This document shows positions 62,112 through 64,000 of a stretch of DNA of 64,000 nucleotides, piece by piece. Position 1 is the first letter of the stretch; every line of letters starts with the position of its first letter. The notes under the pieces were generated by a model that saw nothing but the letters and a program-made list of their open reading frames with translations, searched no databases and was not told where the DNA came from. A program made the translations under genes and the position numbers. Source of the DNA: the human T2T-CHM13v2.0 reference genome, Homo sapiens. Where the stretch lies: the NCBI RefSeq assembly GCF_009914755.1, contig NC_060947.1, one strand, 5' to 3'.

Positions 62112-64000
62112 TTTTTGTTGTTGCTTTTGTTTTGTGAGTATACAGTGTGTATATATATTTATAGCTTATTTGAGATATTTTGATACGGTCATGCAATGCA
62201 TAATAATCACATCAGGATAAATGGGGTATCCATCACCTCAAGTATTTATCCTTTTTGTTACAATCAAATTACACTCTTTTAGCTATTTTATTTTATTTCA
62301 CTTTTATGTTCTTATTTTTTATTTTTTGGAGGGAATCCATCACCTGAAGCATTTATCCTTTGTATCACAAATAATCCAATTACAGCATTTCAGTTATTTT
62401 AAGGTGTACAATTGTATCATTTTTGAATATAGTCATCCTGTGTGCTAGCAAATACTAGGTCTCATTCATCCTTTCTTACTATATTTTATAACCATTAAAC
62501 ATTTCTACTTTTCCACCATCATCCCATTACTCTTCCCGGCCTCTGTGTTCCATCATTCTAGTTTCTATCAATATGAATTTAATTATTTTAATCTTTAGCT
62601 CCAAATAAGTGAGAATATGAAAAGTTTGTCTTTCTGTGTCTGACTTATTTCACTTAACATGACCATCAATTCCATCCATGTTGTAGCAAGTGACAGAATT
62701 TCACTCTTTTCATGACTGACTAGTACTCCATTGTGTACATGCACCGCATTTTCTTTATGCATTCATCTGTTGATGGACACTTAGGTCGCTTTCAAATCTT
62801 GGTTATTGTGAAGAGCACTGCAATAAACATGGGAGTGCACATATCTCTTCAATATACTAATTTCCTTTCTTTTGGGTACATACCTAGCAGTGAGATATCT
62901 GGATCACAGTAACTCTATTTTTTATTATTTTGAAGAACCTCCAAACTGTTTCCCAGGTTGGTTGTAATAATTAACATTCCCAGCAACAGCGTATGAGGCT
63001 TCCCTTTTCTTCACATCCTTGCCAGCATCCTTTTCTTCACATTCTTGCCTATCTTTTGGATAAAAGCCATTTTAACTGGAGTGAGATAATATCTCATTGT
63101 AGTTTGGAGTTGCATTTTTCTGATGATGAATGATGTTGAGAACGTTTTCATATGCCTTTTTGCCATTTATGTGTCTTCATTTGAGAAATGTCTTTTCAGA
63201 TCTTTTGCCCATTTTTTAAATTGGATTATTACATTTTTTTCTATAAAGTTGTTTCAGCTTCTTAGATATTCTGGTTATTAATCCCTTGTCAGATGGGTAG
63301 TTTGCAAATATTTTCTCCCATTCTTTGGGCAGTCTCTTCATTTGTTGATAGTTTCCTTTTCTGTGCAGAAGCTTTGTAACTTGATGTGATCCGATTTGTC
63401 CATTTTTGTTTTGGTTGCCTTTGCTTGTGGCAAGGATTCTTTGCCAAGTCCAATGTCCTGGAGAGTTTCCACAATGCTTCTTTTAGTAGTTTCATAGTTT
63501 CAGGTCTTAGATTTAAGTGTTTAATACATTTGACTTGACGTTTGTATGTGGTGAGAGATAGGAGTCTAGTTTCATTCTTCTGCATATGAATGTGTACTTT
63601 TCCCAGCACCATTTATAGAAGAGACTGTCCTTTCCCCAATGTATGTTCTTGGCACCTTTGTTTAATATGAGTTAACTGTAGATGTGTGGATTTATCTATG
63701 GGTTCCCTATTCTATTCCACTGATGTATGTGTCTCTCATCATCAAATACCATGCTTCTTTGGGTACTATAGCCTGTAGTATAATTTCAAGTCAGGTAATG
63801 TGATTTCTTTAGTTTTATATTTTTTGCTTAGAATAGTTTTGGTTACTCTGGGTATTCTCTGGTTTCACATACATTTTAGGATGGATTTCTGCTATTATTG
63901 TGAAGAATGTCATTCGTGTTTTCACAGGGATTGCATTAAATCTGTAGATTGCTTTGGATAGTGTAAACATTTTTAACAATATCGAATCCTCTGACCTATG
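62112..64000 (-). mobile_element. L1MA (L1MA2/3-like) 3' end, continuing past the window edge
   Basis: GATATTTTGATACGGTCATGCAATGCATAATAATCACATC…GGGGTATCCATCACCTCAAG tail, then antisense ORF2. Confidence 0.88.

Noticed and set aside
63003-63049. 26-bp-period duplication in L1MA (also an 11-bp duplication at ~30178)
   Set aside because: Ordinary slippage duplications with no further structure.

Overview
This window is AT-rich, non-coding primate DNA, most likely hominoid given the AluY, L1PA5/6, THE1, MST and MLT2 content. I found no supportable protein-coding gene, RNA gene, CpG island or CRISPR array. The long ORFs in the track are LINE-1 ORF1/ORF2 or MaLR remnants, and the rest look like chance ORFs. 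Roughly three quarters of the window is nested transposable elements: two complete MaLR proviruses, several solo LTRs, a MER4-group ERV remnant, many LINE-1 copies (one near full-length L1PB, three 5'-inverted twin-primed insertions), ten Alus, MIRs and a Tigger4/MER46 element. I did not find a new biological system. The most interesting signals are rearrangement scars: a ~2 kb inversion that splits an MLT2B LTR and an L1MC, two L1PA copies sharing private variants, a twin-primed L1 with a ~2 kb gap, and several template-switch insertions. Subfamily names come from recalled consensus sequences and should be confirmed with RepeatMasker/Dfam.
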